Source of the DNA: Spirochaetia bacterium
GTDB taxonomy: Bacteria > Spirochaetota > Spirochaetia > SZUA-6 > Bin103
Assembly: GCA_965203055.1 (NCBI GenBank)
Contig: OZ241863.1
Span: 2,720,001 to 2,784,000 of the forward strand
DNA: 64,000 nucleotides
Reading direction: 5' to 3'
Shown one piece after another: positions 9,303 to 18,876 of the stretch; within the stretch, counting starts at the first letter, position 1; each line of letters opens with the position of its first letter. The notes beneath the pieces are model-generated. The model saw only the letters and a list, made by a program, of their open reading frames with translations. It had not been told where the DNA came from and did not search any database. The translations under genes were made by a program, and so were the position numbers.

Positions 9303-9497
9303 TCAAGATCGCCGAGAAACGTCATCCTGCGCTAGGACTTGGGCTTGGCCGCCAAGCGGTCTGACGCTCACCTACATTTTGGGAAATGCGCCGTGAGTGA
9401 GTGCGGGCTGGCTGATGGGGTCGATGGTCAGCTTGGCGGGCGCATGGTACCATGCGCCCGGCGCGAGGCCAGCAGCCGGCCGGCGCGGAGGGAATCT

Positions 9498-11494
9498 TAT
9501 TGTTGTTGAGTAAAGCGTTGAAGTTATCGCTGTTGATGGCCGCCGGCATCGCCGCGCTGATGGCGTGCGAGCCGGCGGCGCGGCCGCCCGCCATGGCCGC
9601 CGCCCCAGCCCAAGGGGGAGGGGAGCCTCCGAGCGAGCCGACGCCAACTCCGCAGCCGGCAGAGAAGAGGGAGAAGAGCTGGACGATCGGGACGGCTGAC
9701 TTTGGCAATGATGAACTGAACCTGGTGGGCGAAGTGTCCAACCGTGCATCGTTTGACTGGGAGCCGATCACCGCCGGCGCCGAAGTGAGCGTTTCGATTG
9801 GCGGGCATGACCTGCCGTTCACCAGCACGGCGGCAAAGCCGGTCTTCGCGTCCGATATCTCCGGCGCCGAGTGGAAGGTTGCCGCGGAAGTCCGTGCGGG
9901 AGCGATCGTGCTCGTGCTCACGGCCCCGGATCAGTCGGGCGGCGGCGCTGTCGAGTTGGTCACGATCACGAACCCGGGCAGCGGCTACACCTCGCCCCCG
10001 ACCGTCAGCTTTTCCGCCCCGCCGCCCGGCGGCGCCGCGGCAACCGGCACCGCGGTGGGGCCCGATCGCGTCGCCTCCGTGACGGTCGACACCGCCGGCA
10101 GCGGCTACACGTCCCTCCCGACCGTCAGCTTTTCCGCCCCGCCATCCGGCGGCGCCACGGCAACCGGCACCGCGGCGGCAGGGCCCGGCAGCGTCGCTTC
10201 CGTGGACGTTGTCACCCCCGGCAGCGGCTACACCTCGGTCCCAACCGTCACCTTCTCGGCAGCGCCTGCAGGCGGCACCACGGCAACCGGCACCGCGGTG
10301 GCAGGGCCCGGCAGCGTCGCTTCCGTGGACGTTGTCACCCCCGGCAGCGGCTACACGTCCCTCCCGACCGTCAGCTTTTCCGCCCCGCCGTCCGGCGGCG
10401 CCACGGCAACCGGCACCGCGGTGGCAGGGCCCGGCAGCGTCGCTTCCGTGGACGTTGTCACCGCCGGCAGCGGCTACACCTCGGTCCCAACCGTCACCTT
10501 CTCGGCAGCGCCTGCAGGCGGCACCACGGCAACCGGCACCGTGGTGGGGAACGGTCGAGTCCATTCGGTGACGGTCACGAACGGGGGTACCGGCTACGTC
10601 CCTAGCACGGCTACCGTTACGATTTCGGCGCCGCCCTCCGGCGGCACCAGGGCAATGGCCCAAGTGATAGCCCTAGGCGTCGGTGTCATCCAGGGAGTGG
10701 AGGTCAGGAACCGGGGGAGCGGCTACACCTCGGTCCCGACCGTTACGTTTGGCGCACCGTCCAGCGGCACCACGGCCACCGGCACCGCGGCGTTGCGCTA
10801 CGGTGTCGGGTTGGTAACGATCGCCACCGCCGGCGGCGGCTACACCTCGGTCCCAACCGTCACCTTTTCGGCAGCGCCGAGCGGCGGCACCACGGCCGCC
10901 GGCACCGCGGTGCTGCAATACGGTGTCGGGTCGGTAGACGTCACCGGCGGCGGGAGCGGCTACACGTCGGCCCCGACCGTTACCTTTTCGGCCCCGCCAA
11001 GCGGCACCACGGCGACCGGCACCGCGGCGTTGCGCTACGGCGTCGGGTCGGTAACGATCGCCACCGCCGGCGGCGGCTACACCTCGGTCCCAACCGTCAC
11101 CTTTTCGGCAGCGCCGAGCGGCGGCACCACGGCCGCCGGCACCGCGGTGTTGCAATACGGTGTCGGGTCGGTAGACGTCACCGGCGGCGGGAGCGGCTAC
11201 ACGTCGGCCCCGACCGTTACCTTTTCGGCCCCGCCAAGCGGCGGCGGCGCCACCACCGCAGCCGGCACCGCGGTGTTGCACTCCACCGTCACGGCAGTGC
11301 GGATCACGAACCAGGGGAGCGGCTACGCGTCGGCCCCAACCGTTACGCTTTCCGCGCCGACCGGCGGGAGCGGCACCACGGCGACCGCCGAGGCAACGCT
11401 GCGTCCACCCGGCAACGACCAGTACCAAAACCTGTATTGGGCGCGCCATACGCTGAACGGCAAGAAGCTTCTGGTTAAGATCGTGAGCAACTGA
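9498..11494 (+). CDS. Putative surface lipoprotein with 12 GSGYTSxPTV repeats
   Basis: KALKLSLLMAAGIAALMA-C lipobox; 12 repeats of about 40 aa; near-identical DNA units offset by 246 bp (first half) and 237 bp (second half). Start uncertain (TTG near 9498). Confidence 0.8.
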
Positions 11495-11508
11495 ACTCGC
11501 GCGGCTGG

Positions 11509-12741
11509 CTACGGTCCCAGCGCGCCGATGGGAATGACGCCGATGCCGTCGCCGCGCACGTAGCCGTAGCCGCCCGCGACGATGACCGCCAGGGCCGCGG
11601 GAGCCCGGCTGCGGGCCGGGTCCACCCGCCTGGCGAAGCGCAGCAGAGTAGCCGCCGCGGCGTCGATCATTCCCGCTCCCAGCTTGACCTCGAATGCGGC
11701 CCAGGTTCCGTCCGCGGCCTGCACGATGGCGTCCACCTCCAGGCCGGTGTTGTCACGGTACTGCAGCACTTCGGCGTCACGATGCTGGGCGTAGACGCGC
11801 AGGTCGCGGACGACCAGCGACTCGAACAGGAACCCGAACCAGGCAAGGTCCCGCAGCAGCCGATCAGGGTCGGCGCGGAGCGCCGCGACCGCGAGAGAGG
11901 GGTCGACGAAGTGCCGCTTGGGGGCGCCCCTGAGCCGCGACCGCGAGCGCAGGTGCGGCGCCCAGGCCGGTTGATCCTCGACGATCATGAGCCGTTCGAG
12001 CGCCGTCAGGTAGGCATCCGCGGTGTGGTTGTTCAAGTCGGCGGCCATGGTCGAAGCCGCGGCGTAGGTAGCGACGTTGCGGGCGAACGAGCGGAGCAGG
12101 TCGCCGACCTTGGCGGGGTCGCGCCGCGTCTCGTCGACGCGGCCGACGTCGACGCGGCGGATCTCGTCGAGGTAGGCGCGATTGGCCTGCAGCGCCTGGT
12201 TGACGGAGCGTTGCAGATTCCCCGGCCAACCGCCGCGGCAGACCTGCCCGGCAAGTGCCTCGATGGAGAGGGCCGACTCCGCGCTGCGCGGCGCCGCTCC
12301 GGCCAGGAGTGCGCGCAGGGAAACCGCGCCGGAGGAGCGGCCGGTTTCGAACAGGGACATGGGGCGCAGCCGGAGCCGCGTCAGGCGTCCCGCGCCGGTA
12401 TGCCGGGTGACGTCGTCGGCCGGCACCGCGGAGCCGGTGAGGATGAACTGGCCGGGCCGGGCGCGGTCGTCGACGGCGCGGCGCACGTGATTCCAGATCG
12501 CCGGTTCGGTCTGCCACTCGTCGATCAGGCGCGGCGCGGCTCCCGCCAGCACCAGGGCCGGATCGATCGCTACGGCGCGCCGGGCGTTGGCGTCGACGTC
12601 GAGCAGCACTTCGCTGGCCGCCGCCCGCCGGGCGGTGGCCGTCTTGCCGCACGCCTTGGGGCCTTCGATGACCACCGCCCCGGCAGCGCCGAGCCGCTGC
12701 CGCAGCTCGTGGTCCGCAAGGCGCGCCCGGTAGCGCGCCAT
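11509..12741 (-). CDS. AAA_14 ATPase with DUF4143
   Basis: IEGPKACGKT, LIDEWQ, FILTGSA, HTGAGR, PKRHFVDPS, YRDNTGLEVDAI, FEVKLG. Confidence 0.92.
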   Translation of the reverse strand: MARYRARLADHELRQRLGAAGAVVIEGPKACGKTATARRAAASEVLLDVDANARRAVAIDPALVLAGAAPRLIDEWQTEPAIWNHVRRAVDDRARPGQFILTGSAVPADDVTRHTGAGRLTRLRLRPMSLFETGRSSGAVSLRALLAGAAPRSAESALSIEALAGQVCRGGWPGNLQRSVNQALQANRAYLDEIRRVDVGRVDETRRDPAKVGDLLRSFARNVATYAAASTMAADLNNHTADAYLTALERLMIVEDQPAWAPHLRSRSRLRGAPKRHFVDPSLAVAALRADPDRLLRDLAWFGFLFESLVVRDLRVYAQHRDAEVLQYRDNTGLEVDAIVQAADGTWAAFEVKLGAGMIDAAAATLLRFARRVDPARSRAPAALAVIVAGGYGYVRGDGIGVIPIGALGP

Positions 12742-12752
12742 CACCGCTCCAG

Positions 12753-12837
12753 TAACATCATTGCAATGTCTCCGGTATCATCATCGCAACGATGATGATA
12801 ACAACATTGCAATGTATTCAATAGCAGAATTGCAACG
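12753..12837. repeat. 4 x 23-bp iteron/operator-like array with palindromic TTGCAA cores
   Basis: Units start at 12753, 12776, 12799, 12822; cores ttgcaa/tcgcaa/ttgcaa/ttgcaa at 12761, 12784, 12807, 12830. Confidence 0.8.
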
Positions 12838-12867
12838 CTCGTCGCGCTGCCGCTGCCGCCGGTTACG

Positions 12868-13656
12868 TTACCAGCGCGGAATCCCGCCGAGCAGCAGCTT
12901 CCGTTGCGGCGTGCCGTGGTCCCGCATGGCGGTCATCTTCGGCCCGTCGAAGGTCTCGCGGGACTTCATCCAGGCGTTCTGGTAGCACATCAGGCAGACG
13001 CGGCGGTTGGCGGGCGAGTGGTTGGCTGCCCCGCGGTGATAGATCCAGCCGTTGAACAGCACCGCCTGGCCCGGCTTGGCGAACACGTACAACTCGTCGG
13101 GGAACACCGCGGCGCTGTCCTTGGGCGGCCGGAAGAGCGCCCGGTGGCTGCCGGGGACGATGACGATCGGGCCGTTGTCGATGGTCAGCTCATCCAGGTA
13201 GTAGCCGCAGTTGATCTGCCCCGGGATCGAACCGAACGGGGTGCCGTCAGGGTCTTGCGGCCACGGCCCGTCGCGGTGCCAGTTCTGTTCCGGCGTACCG
13301 GGCCGGGTCACGCGGCCGGTGGCGCTGTGAAGCTGCACCGCGTTGCCGAGGATGGCCGTCACGCGGGTGAGGACCGGCGGGGTGTCGAGCAGGAACGCGA
13401 AGCGGTCGTCCTCCTCCAGGAGCCGGCTGAAGAAGCTCCCGTACGGCCCCGGGTTGGGCTCTCCTCCCCAGCCCACGGTGGCGCGGGAATGGGCGTCGTC
13501 CATGGCATCGCGGAGCGTCTCGACCTGCTCCGCGGTGAGCGCATCGTCGATGACGAGGTATCCCCATTTCTGGAAGAAACGAACCTCCCGCTCCAGCTCG
13601 GGCGTGAGATCGGGGTTCAGGCGCTGCGGAACGATCGAGAAGTCGGCTGCGGCCAT
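12868..13656 (-). CDS. Phytanoyl-CoA dioxygenase (PhyH) family 2OG-Fe(II) oxygenase
   Basis: FFQKWGYLVI, WHRDG (HxD), NGPIVIVPGSH, IYHRGAAN..R. Confidence 0.9.
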   Translation of the reverse strand: MAAADFSIVPQRLNPDLTPELEREVRFFQKWGYLVIDDALTAEQVETLRDAMDDAHSRATVGWGGEPNPGPYGSFFSRLLEEDDRFAFLLDTPPVLTRVTAILGNAVQLHSATGRVTRPGTPEQNWHRDGPWPQDPDGTPFGSIPGQINCGYYLDELTIDNGPIVIVPGSHRALFRPPKDSAAVFPDELYVFAKPGQAVLFNGWIYHRGAANHSPANRRVCLMCYQNAWMKSRETFDGPKMTAMRDHGTPQRKLLLGGIPRW

Positions 13657-13750
13657 CGCATTCTCCGGGTCGTGGTTTCAATGATTAGGGCGCTTGCCCG
13701 GCCCGGTGGTCAAGCCTCGGGGAGTCCGCCATCATGGCGCTGAAGACGCG

Positions 13751-15316
13751 ATGATCGACCAACCGATGATCGAACGGCGCTTCAGCGACCTCTGGGGGCA
13801 GTTGCAGGGCAAGAAGCCGCATCTGCCGCACTTCCTGGCGGAGATACACCTGCAGGGGATACGCGGGATCGACGACCTGCGCGTGGTGCTGGACTATCCG
13901 GTCAGCGTGATCGCCGGCGGCAACGCCAGCGGCAAGTCGACCGTGCTGTTCGCGGCGGCGTGCGCCTATCGGGTGCCGGGCGCCGGGGTCAGGGACTTCG
14001 TGCCGTCCACGCTGTTTCCCGACTACCGCCCGCGGCACGGCGGACGCGAGGACGAGAAGCGCGCGGTCACCATCGAGTTCGACTACGCCACCCCGGACGG
14101 CCGCCGTTCCATGCGCTGGCGGCGCGCCAAAGGCTGGAACCGCAGCTTCCTGGGGCGCAAGAACGCCAGCCAGCCGGAGCGTCCGGTCTACCTGCGGACG
14201 CTCAGCAACCTCAGCAACCCGTCGGAGGCGCGCGGCGTGCTCAGCATGTCGCAGCGGAGCTCGCCGGCGCAGGAGAGGCCGCTGACCGCCTCGCAGATCG
14301 AGTTCGCGCAACAGCTTCTGCCGTTCCGCTACGCCGAGGTGGTCGATCTGTCCAGCGGCAACAAGAACCTGCTGTTTGCCGCCCAGGAGCGCGGCCCGGC
14401 CTACTCGGAGCTGCACATGGCGGCCGGCGAGCGCGCCATCCTGCGGTTGGCGCAGGAGATCGCGCAGCGCAGCGGGGTGCTGGTGTTGATCGACGAAGTG
14501 GAGGCCGGGCTGCACCCCTGGGTCCAGCAACTGCTGATGCTGCAGTTGCAACAGCTCGCGCTGCGCAACGACCTGCAGATCATCGTCACCACCCACAGCC
14601 CGGTGGTGCTGGACTCGGTGCCGGCCAACGGGCGCATCTTCCTGGACCGCGGCGAGAGCGGGCGGGTAACGGTGCAGCAGGCGCACGTCGACGTGGTGCA
14701 GGACGCGCTGTACGGCCGCTCGCGGGAGGTGCTCAACCTGCTGTGCGAGGACGACGCGGCGCAGGCGGTGGTGCAGGGGGTGCTGGATCACGTGGTGCCG
14801 AAGCGGCGCATCAGAGGGGATTCGGTGCGCATTGGCCGCGATACCGGCGCCGACGAGTTTCCCGCGCACGCCGCGGCGTTCCGCAAGTTCGGGCAGATCG
14901 CCAACTTCGTCTTCATCCTCGACGGCGATCAGCGCGGCAGCGGCATCGACGAGCGCATCCGGGAGCAGGCCGGACGCGCGGTGCCGACCCTGTTCCTGCC
15001 CGGCCGCGAGGCGCCGGAGGCGTGGGTATGGGAACGGCTGCGGCAGGCCGCCGGGCCGATGGCCGTCGGGCTGAGCGTCGATCCGGGGGAGCTGGCCAGC
15101 CGGCTGCACCGGCTCGACGCGGTGTACGACACCGCCTCCGACCGGCCCGCGGCGATCGCCAAGGCGAAGCTGCGCGGCCTGGGCGAGGCCCTGCGCCGGG
15201 AGGCGGCGGACATCTGCCGCACCGTCGCCCGGCTGGAAGCGGAACGTCCCGAAAGCGATCTGCAGCCGTTCGCGGAGGGGCTCGAGACCGTGCTGCTGCA
15301 ATGGCGCGCCGGATGA
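13751..15316 (+). CDS. ABC-type ATPase with C-terminal TOPRIM-like region (OLD-like)
   Basis: IAGGNASGKST, MAAGE signature-like motif, LIDEVEAGLHP, VTTHSP; C-terminal LLCEDD and ILDGD. Confidence 0.75.
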   Translation: MIDQPMIERRFSDLWGQLQGKKPHLPHFLAEIHLQGIRGIDDLRVVLDYPVSVIAGGNASGKSTVLFAAACAYRVPGAGVRDFVPSTLFPDYRPRHGGREDEKRAVTIEFDYATPDGRRSMRWRRAKGWNRSFLGRKNASQPERPVYLRTLSNLSNPSEARGVLSMSQRSSPAQERPLTASQIEFAQQLLPFRYAEVVDLSSGNKNLLFAAQERGPAYSELHMAAGERAILRLAQEIAQRSGVLVLIDEVEAGLHPWVQQLLMLQLQQLALRNDLQIIVTTHSPVVLDSVPANGRIFLDRGESGRVTVQQAHVDVVQDALYGRSREVLNLLCEDDAAQAVVQGVLDHVVPKRRIRGDSVRIGRDTGADEFPAHAAAFRKFGQIANFVFILDGDQRGSGIDERIREQAGRAVPTLFLPGREAPEAWVWERLRQAAGPMAVGLSVDPGELASRLHRLDAVYDTASDRPAAIAKAKLRGLGEALRREAADICRTVARLEAERPESDLQPFAEGLETVLLQWRAG

Positions 15317-16665
15317 TGGATGCGAACGCGGCGGCGGACGGCCTGATCGGGCGCGTGCTGCGCTCACCCGTAGCGCGGCTGCTGGGCCTCGGCGTCCTGG
15401 CGCTGGCGCTGCAGGCCCCGGTGCTCTACGTCGGCGAGCTGGTGCGCGAACGGCAGGGTACGCGCGACGCCGCGGTGGCGGAGATGGCGGCGGCCTGGGG
15501 CGGCGCGCAACGGCTTGCCGGACCGTTCCTGCTGGTGCCCTACCGCACGCCGGCGGAGCGGGACGGCGCCCGGCAGGGGGAGGCGGCGGCCACCTTCCTG
15601 CCGGTCGAGCTGCGGGTGACCGCCGACCTGAAGACCGAGCGCCTGCGGCGCGGGTTGTTCCAGGCGCCGGTCTACCGGTCGATCATCGAGCTGTCCGGGA
15701 GGTTCGAGCCGCCGGACTTCCGGCAGTGGGCGGTGGCCGCCGATCAGGTGCTCGGCGAGCGCGCCGAACTGGTATTCGAGGTATCCGACGTGCGGACGAT
15801 TCAGACCGGCGCGCGCCTGCGGTGGGAGGGCAGCGATCTGGAATGGCGGCCGGGTACCGGGCTGCGCGGCGACGGCCGGCCCGGCATACACGCGCGGCTG
15901 CCCGAGCTGGCGGCGGGCGCGCCGGCCGAAGGCGCGCCGGCGGATGGCGCCGGCGGCTGGACGTTCCAGGCAACGCTGGAGCTGGCGGGCAGCGCCGGCC
16001 TGCGGATGGCGCCGGCGGCCGCGGCGACCGCCGTGGAGATCACCGGCGACTGGCCCGCTCCGAGCTTTCAGGGGGCTTGGCTGCCGGCGGAGCGCGAGCT
16101 CCGCGACGGCGGCTTCAGCGCCTCGTGGCGCATCTCCCATCTCGGCCGCGGCTTCCCGCAAAGCTGGCGGGCCGGCGCCTACGGCGAGCAGATCGACGCG
16201 GCCATGGTCGGCGTCGACCTGCTGACGCCGGTCGATCCCTACCGGCAGGCGGTGCGCAGCCTCAAGTACTCGCTGCTGTTCCTGGCGCTGACCTTCGGCA
16301 CCGCGTGGCTGTTCGAGGTGCTGGGCGGCGCCCGGCTGCACCTGATCCACTACGCGCTGATCGGCGCCGCCATGTGCCTGTTCTACCTGCTGGAGTTGGC
16401 GCTCAGCGAGCACCTGGGGTTTCCCGCGGCCTATGCGATCGCCGCCGCTCTGGTAGTCGTCACCAACGGGGCGTACGCCCGGTCGCTACTGTCCACGGGC
16501 CGGGCGGCGCTCCTGGCGGGCGTGCTCGGCGCGCTGTACGCCGGCATGTACGCGCTGCTGCAGCTCGACGACTACGCCCTGCTGGCCGGCGTGGGCGCGC
16601 TGTTTCTCATCCTGGCCGCGGTCATGTACGCCACGCGCCGCGTCGATTGGCACGCCGCCGGCTGA
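15313..16665 (+). CDS. creD: Inner membrane protein CreD
   Basis: LVRERQ, WGGAQRLAGP, RRGLFQAPVY, DWPAPSFQG, GFSASW, VDPYRQAVRSLKY, YLLELALSEHLGF, MYATRRVDW; ATGA overlap with the upstream gene. Confidence 0.9.
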   Translation: MMDANAAADGLIGRVLRSPVARLLGLGVLALALQAPVLYVGELVRERQGTRDAAVAEMAAAWGGAQRLAGPFLLVPYRTPAERDGARQGEAAATFLPVELRVTADLKTERLRRGLFQAPVYRSIIELSGRFEPPDFRQWAVAADQVLGERAELVFEVSDVRTIQTGARLRWEGSDLEWRPGTGLRGDGRPGIHARLPELAAGAPAEGAPADGAGGWTFQATLELAGSAGLRMAPAAAATAVEITGDWPAPSFQGAWLPAERELRDGGFSASWRISHLGRGFPQSWRAGAYGEQIDAAMVGVDLLTPVDPYRQAVRSLKYSLLFLALTFGTAWLFEVLGGARLHLIHYALIGAAMCLFYLLELALSEHLGFPAAYAIAAALVVVTNGAYARSLLSTGRAALLAGVLGALYAGMYALLQLDDYALLAGVGALFLILAAVMYATRRVDWHAAG

Positions 16666-16701
16666 CCCACGCCGCTCGCCGCGCCATGCCGGCGCCATGT
16701 T

Positions 16702-17883
16702 TCAGATTCCGGTCTTCAGCCGCGATTCCATCCAGAAATACAAGGCATGCAGGCGGTTGGGAAACCGGTAGCCGCCGCGCGCTTCGGGATCGAGCTGCAC
16801 CGCGCCCAGCTTTCTCATCCGCCGCAGGAAGTTGTCCAGAACCTGCCGCTCGGCCGGCGCAAGGCGGGCCGCCAGTTCGCCGCGCTGAAACGTCATCCGC
16901 GCTGGCTGATCGGCCATCTTGCACAGGATCGATCGATAGCGGTCGCTCTGTATCGCTTGAAAGATCTGAGGCTCCAGGAGCTTTCTCCCGACGATCCCGG
17001 CTGCCCTGACGATGCCTGCGACCAGTTCCTTGCGCGCTATGGTCTGCGCCGTTGCGGTGCGCCACACGGCGTCGCCGATTTCGTGCGCCAGCACCGGCAG
17101 TCCGCCGGTATACCGAACCATAAAATCGAGATCGGCTGCGGACACCACGGCGTTGCCTGCGGCGAACGACGCCCGATAGAACTGCTCCACCTCGGCATTC
17201 CGCCAAGGGACGATGTCAACCAGATCGAAGATCCGAGCCAGGGACGGTTGATTGCCGATCAGGTCCTGGCGTCGTTCTTCGAGCCCGACCAGCAGGATGC
17301 ACAGCCGCATCGGTTCCGAGGTCGCCACGTCATCGACGATGCTCTTCAGCCAGTGGGCGAAGTCCGCGGAGCTCGCCAAGCCGTTCACGTCGTCCAGAAT
17401 GAGGAGCAGCGAGGCGCGAGGTGTCAGCCGCTTCAGGAGTTCGCGCACGGAGCGGGTGAAGTTGCCCGCAATCGCGCGCAGGTCGTCGCCGCTCAGTGCC
17501 AGCTCTACCGAGACGCCGAACAGGCCGATCTTGCGGACGCGATCCCCGAAGAACTCCAGTACCTGCCGGTGCCACGGCCGGTCGATGCTGTCCTTGAGCA
17601 GCCGGTCGAAGATGCGGCCCGCCATCTCGTGCAGGTCGCGCACGCCTCCCAGGTAGACGTGACAGCCGGTAACGTCGCTGTCCCGCTCGCACAGGCGGCG
17701 CACGAACGAAGCCAGCGAACTCTTGCCGATGCCCCGTTCGCCGCTGATGAACCCGATCTTGAACACGCCGCGGCCGGCGGCGCGCACCAAGCCGCGCAAG
17801 CGTTCGATTGCGTCGCGCCGCCCGACGAACAGCTCGGCCGGGACCGGTTGGCCGGGCCGGAACGGACTGGATTCTGGCGTCAC
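16702..17883 (-). CDS. AAA_16/archaeal-type (STAND-like) ATPase with C-terminal wHTH
   Basis: SPFRPG..P..FVGR, GERGIGKSS, LILDDVN, TGGLP; promoter TCGACA-N17-TAATCT 8 nt before the GTG. Confidence 0.82.
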   Translation of the reverse strand: MTPESSPFRPGQPVPAELFVGRRDAIERLRGLVRAAGRGVFKIGFISGERGIGKSSLASFVRRLCERDSDVTGCHVYLGGVRDLHEMAGRIFDRLLKDSIDRPWHRQVLEFFGDRVRKIGLFGVSVELALSGDDLRAIAGNFTRSVRELLKRLTPRASLLLILDDVNGLASSADFAHWLKSIVDDVATSEPMRLCILLVGLEERRQDLIGNQPSLARIFDLVDIVPWRNAEVEQFYRASFAAGNAVVSAADLDFMVRYTGGLPVLAHEIGDAVWRTATAQTIARKELVAGIVRAAGIVGRKLLEPQIFQAIQSDRYRSILCKMADQPARMTFQRGELAARLAPAERQVLDNFLRRMRKLGAVQLDPEARGGYRFPNRLHALYFWMESRLKTGI

Positions 17884-17947
17884 TCGCGGGCAGATTAGCC
17901 GAGCGGGCGGCCGGTGTCGAATGGTACCGGTGGTACCGGCGACGCGG

Positions 17948-18735
17948 TCAGCCGCCGCCCGCGCCGGCGGCCAGAATCGAGGGCAGGCAGCGCAGCGCCT
18001 CGGCCAGCGGCCACACTTCGATGCCGCCCTGATACTCGCGCCGGTCGCCCCCGTACAGCAGGAAGCACTTCGCCGGCGGATAGTCGCGGGCGAACTGGCG
18101 CAGTCCCGCCCCGTCCTCGCGGCGCAGGCGCCCGGTCCGCTTTACCTCGAAGGCCAGCAGGCCGCGTTCGCCGTACGCCACCAGGTCCACCTCGGCGCCG
18201 GCGGTCGTGCGCCAGTAGGAGAGGGCGTAGCCCAGGCCCTCGTAGTCGTTGACCGCGCGCACCTCCTGCTGGAGCAGCGTCTCCCACCCCGCTCCCTCGG
18301 CCTCTTCCGGGCGGTCGAGCGGTCCGCGCGGGCGGATCCGGCGGTAGACGCCGGCGTCGAACAGGAAGAACTTGGGATGGCCGGTCACGCGGCGCGCGGC
18401 CCGCCGCGTGAAGGCCGGCAGGCGCCACGCCAGGAGCAGGTCTTCGAGCACCTGGAAATAGTTGGCGACCGTGCGCCGCTCCATCCCCGCGTCGCGCGCC
18501 ACCGCCGCTACGTTGAGCGGCGCCGCCTGCGAAAAGCTGGCGGCTTCCAGGAAGCGGCCGAACGCCGCCAAGTTGCGGGTCAGCCCCTCCTGCATCACCT
18601 CCTCGCGCAGATAGGTCTCCACAGGGCATCGGGCAGGCGCTGCTTCAGCCACGTGGTCTTGCCGGTTCCGCGCGGTCCGAACAGGAAGAAGCTGTGGCCC
18701 AACTCCAGCGGCCTGCGCAGCGCTCTGGCATACAT
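17948..18735 (-). pseudogene. AAA_14/DUF4143 ATPase pseudogene with internal deletion and frameshift
   Basis: ATG 18735 reads MYARALRRPLELGHSFFLFGPRGTGKTTWLKQRLPDAL, then jumps at about 18622 into another frame ETYLREEV...HPKFFLFDAG...YWRT..GAEVD..FEVK; Walker B region absent. Confidence 0.85.
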
Positions 18736-18876
18736 GGTTCCAATATACATCGATTTCTGGAACTGACGATTCCGTTATGACGTCCGGCGTACACCGGCAG
18801 TCCGACGCCGCCCTCCGAAGGGGCGGCGCGGAACGGCCGGCAGCGCGGCGCTCGCGGTGGTACACTTGGCCAACCC

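Noticed and set aside
9498..11494. Prophage, based on phage-like repeats
   Set aside because: No other phage genes nearby, and the protein has a lipoprotein signal.
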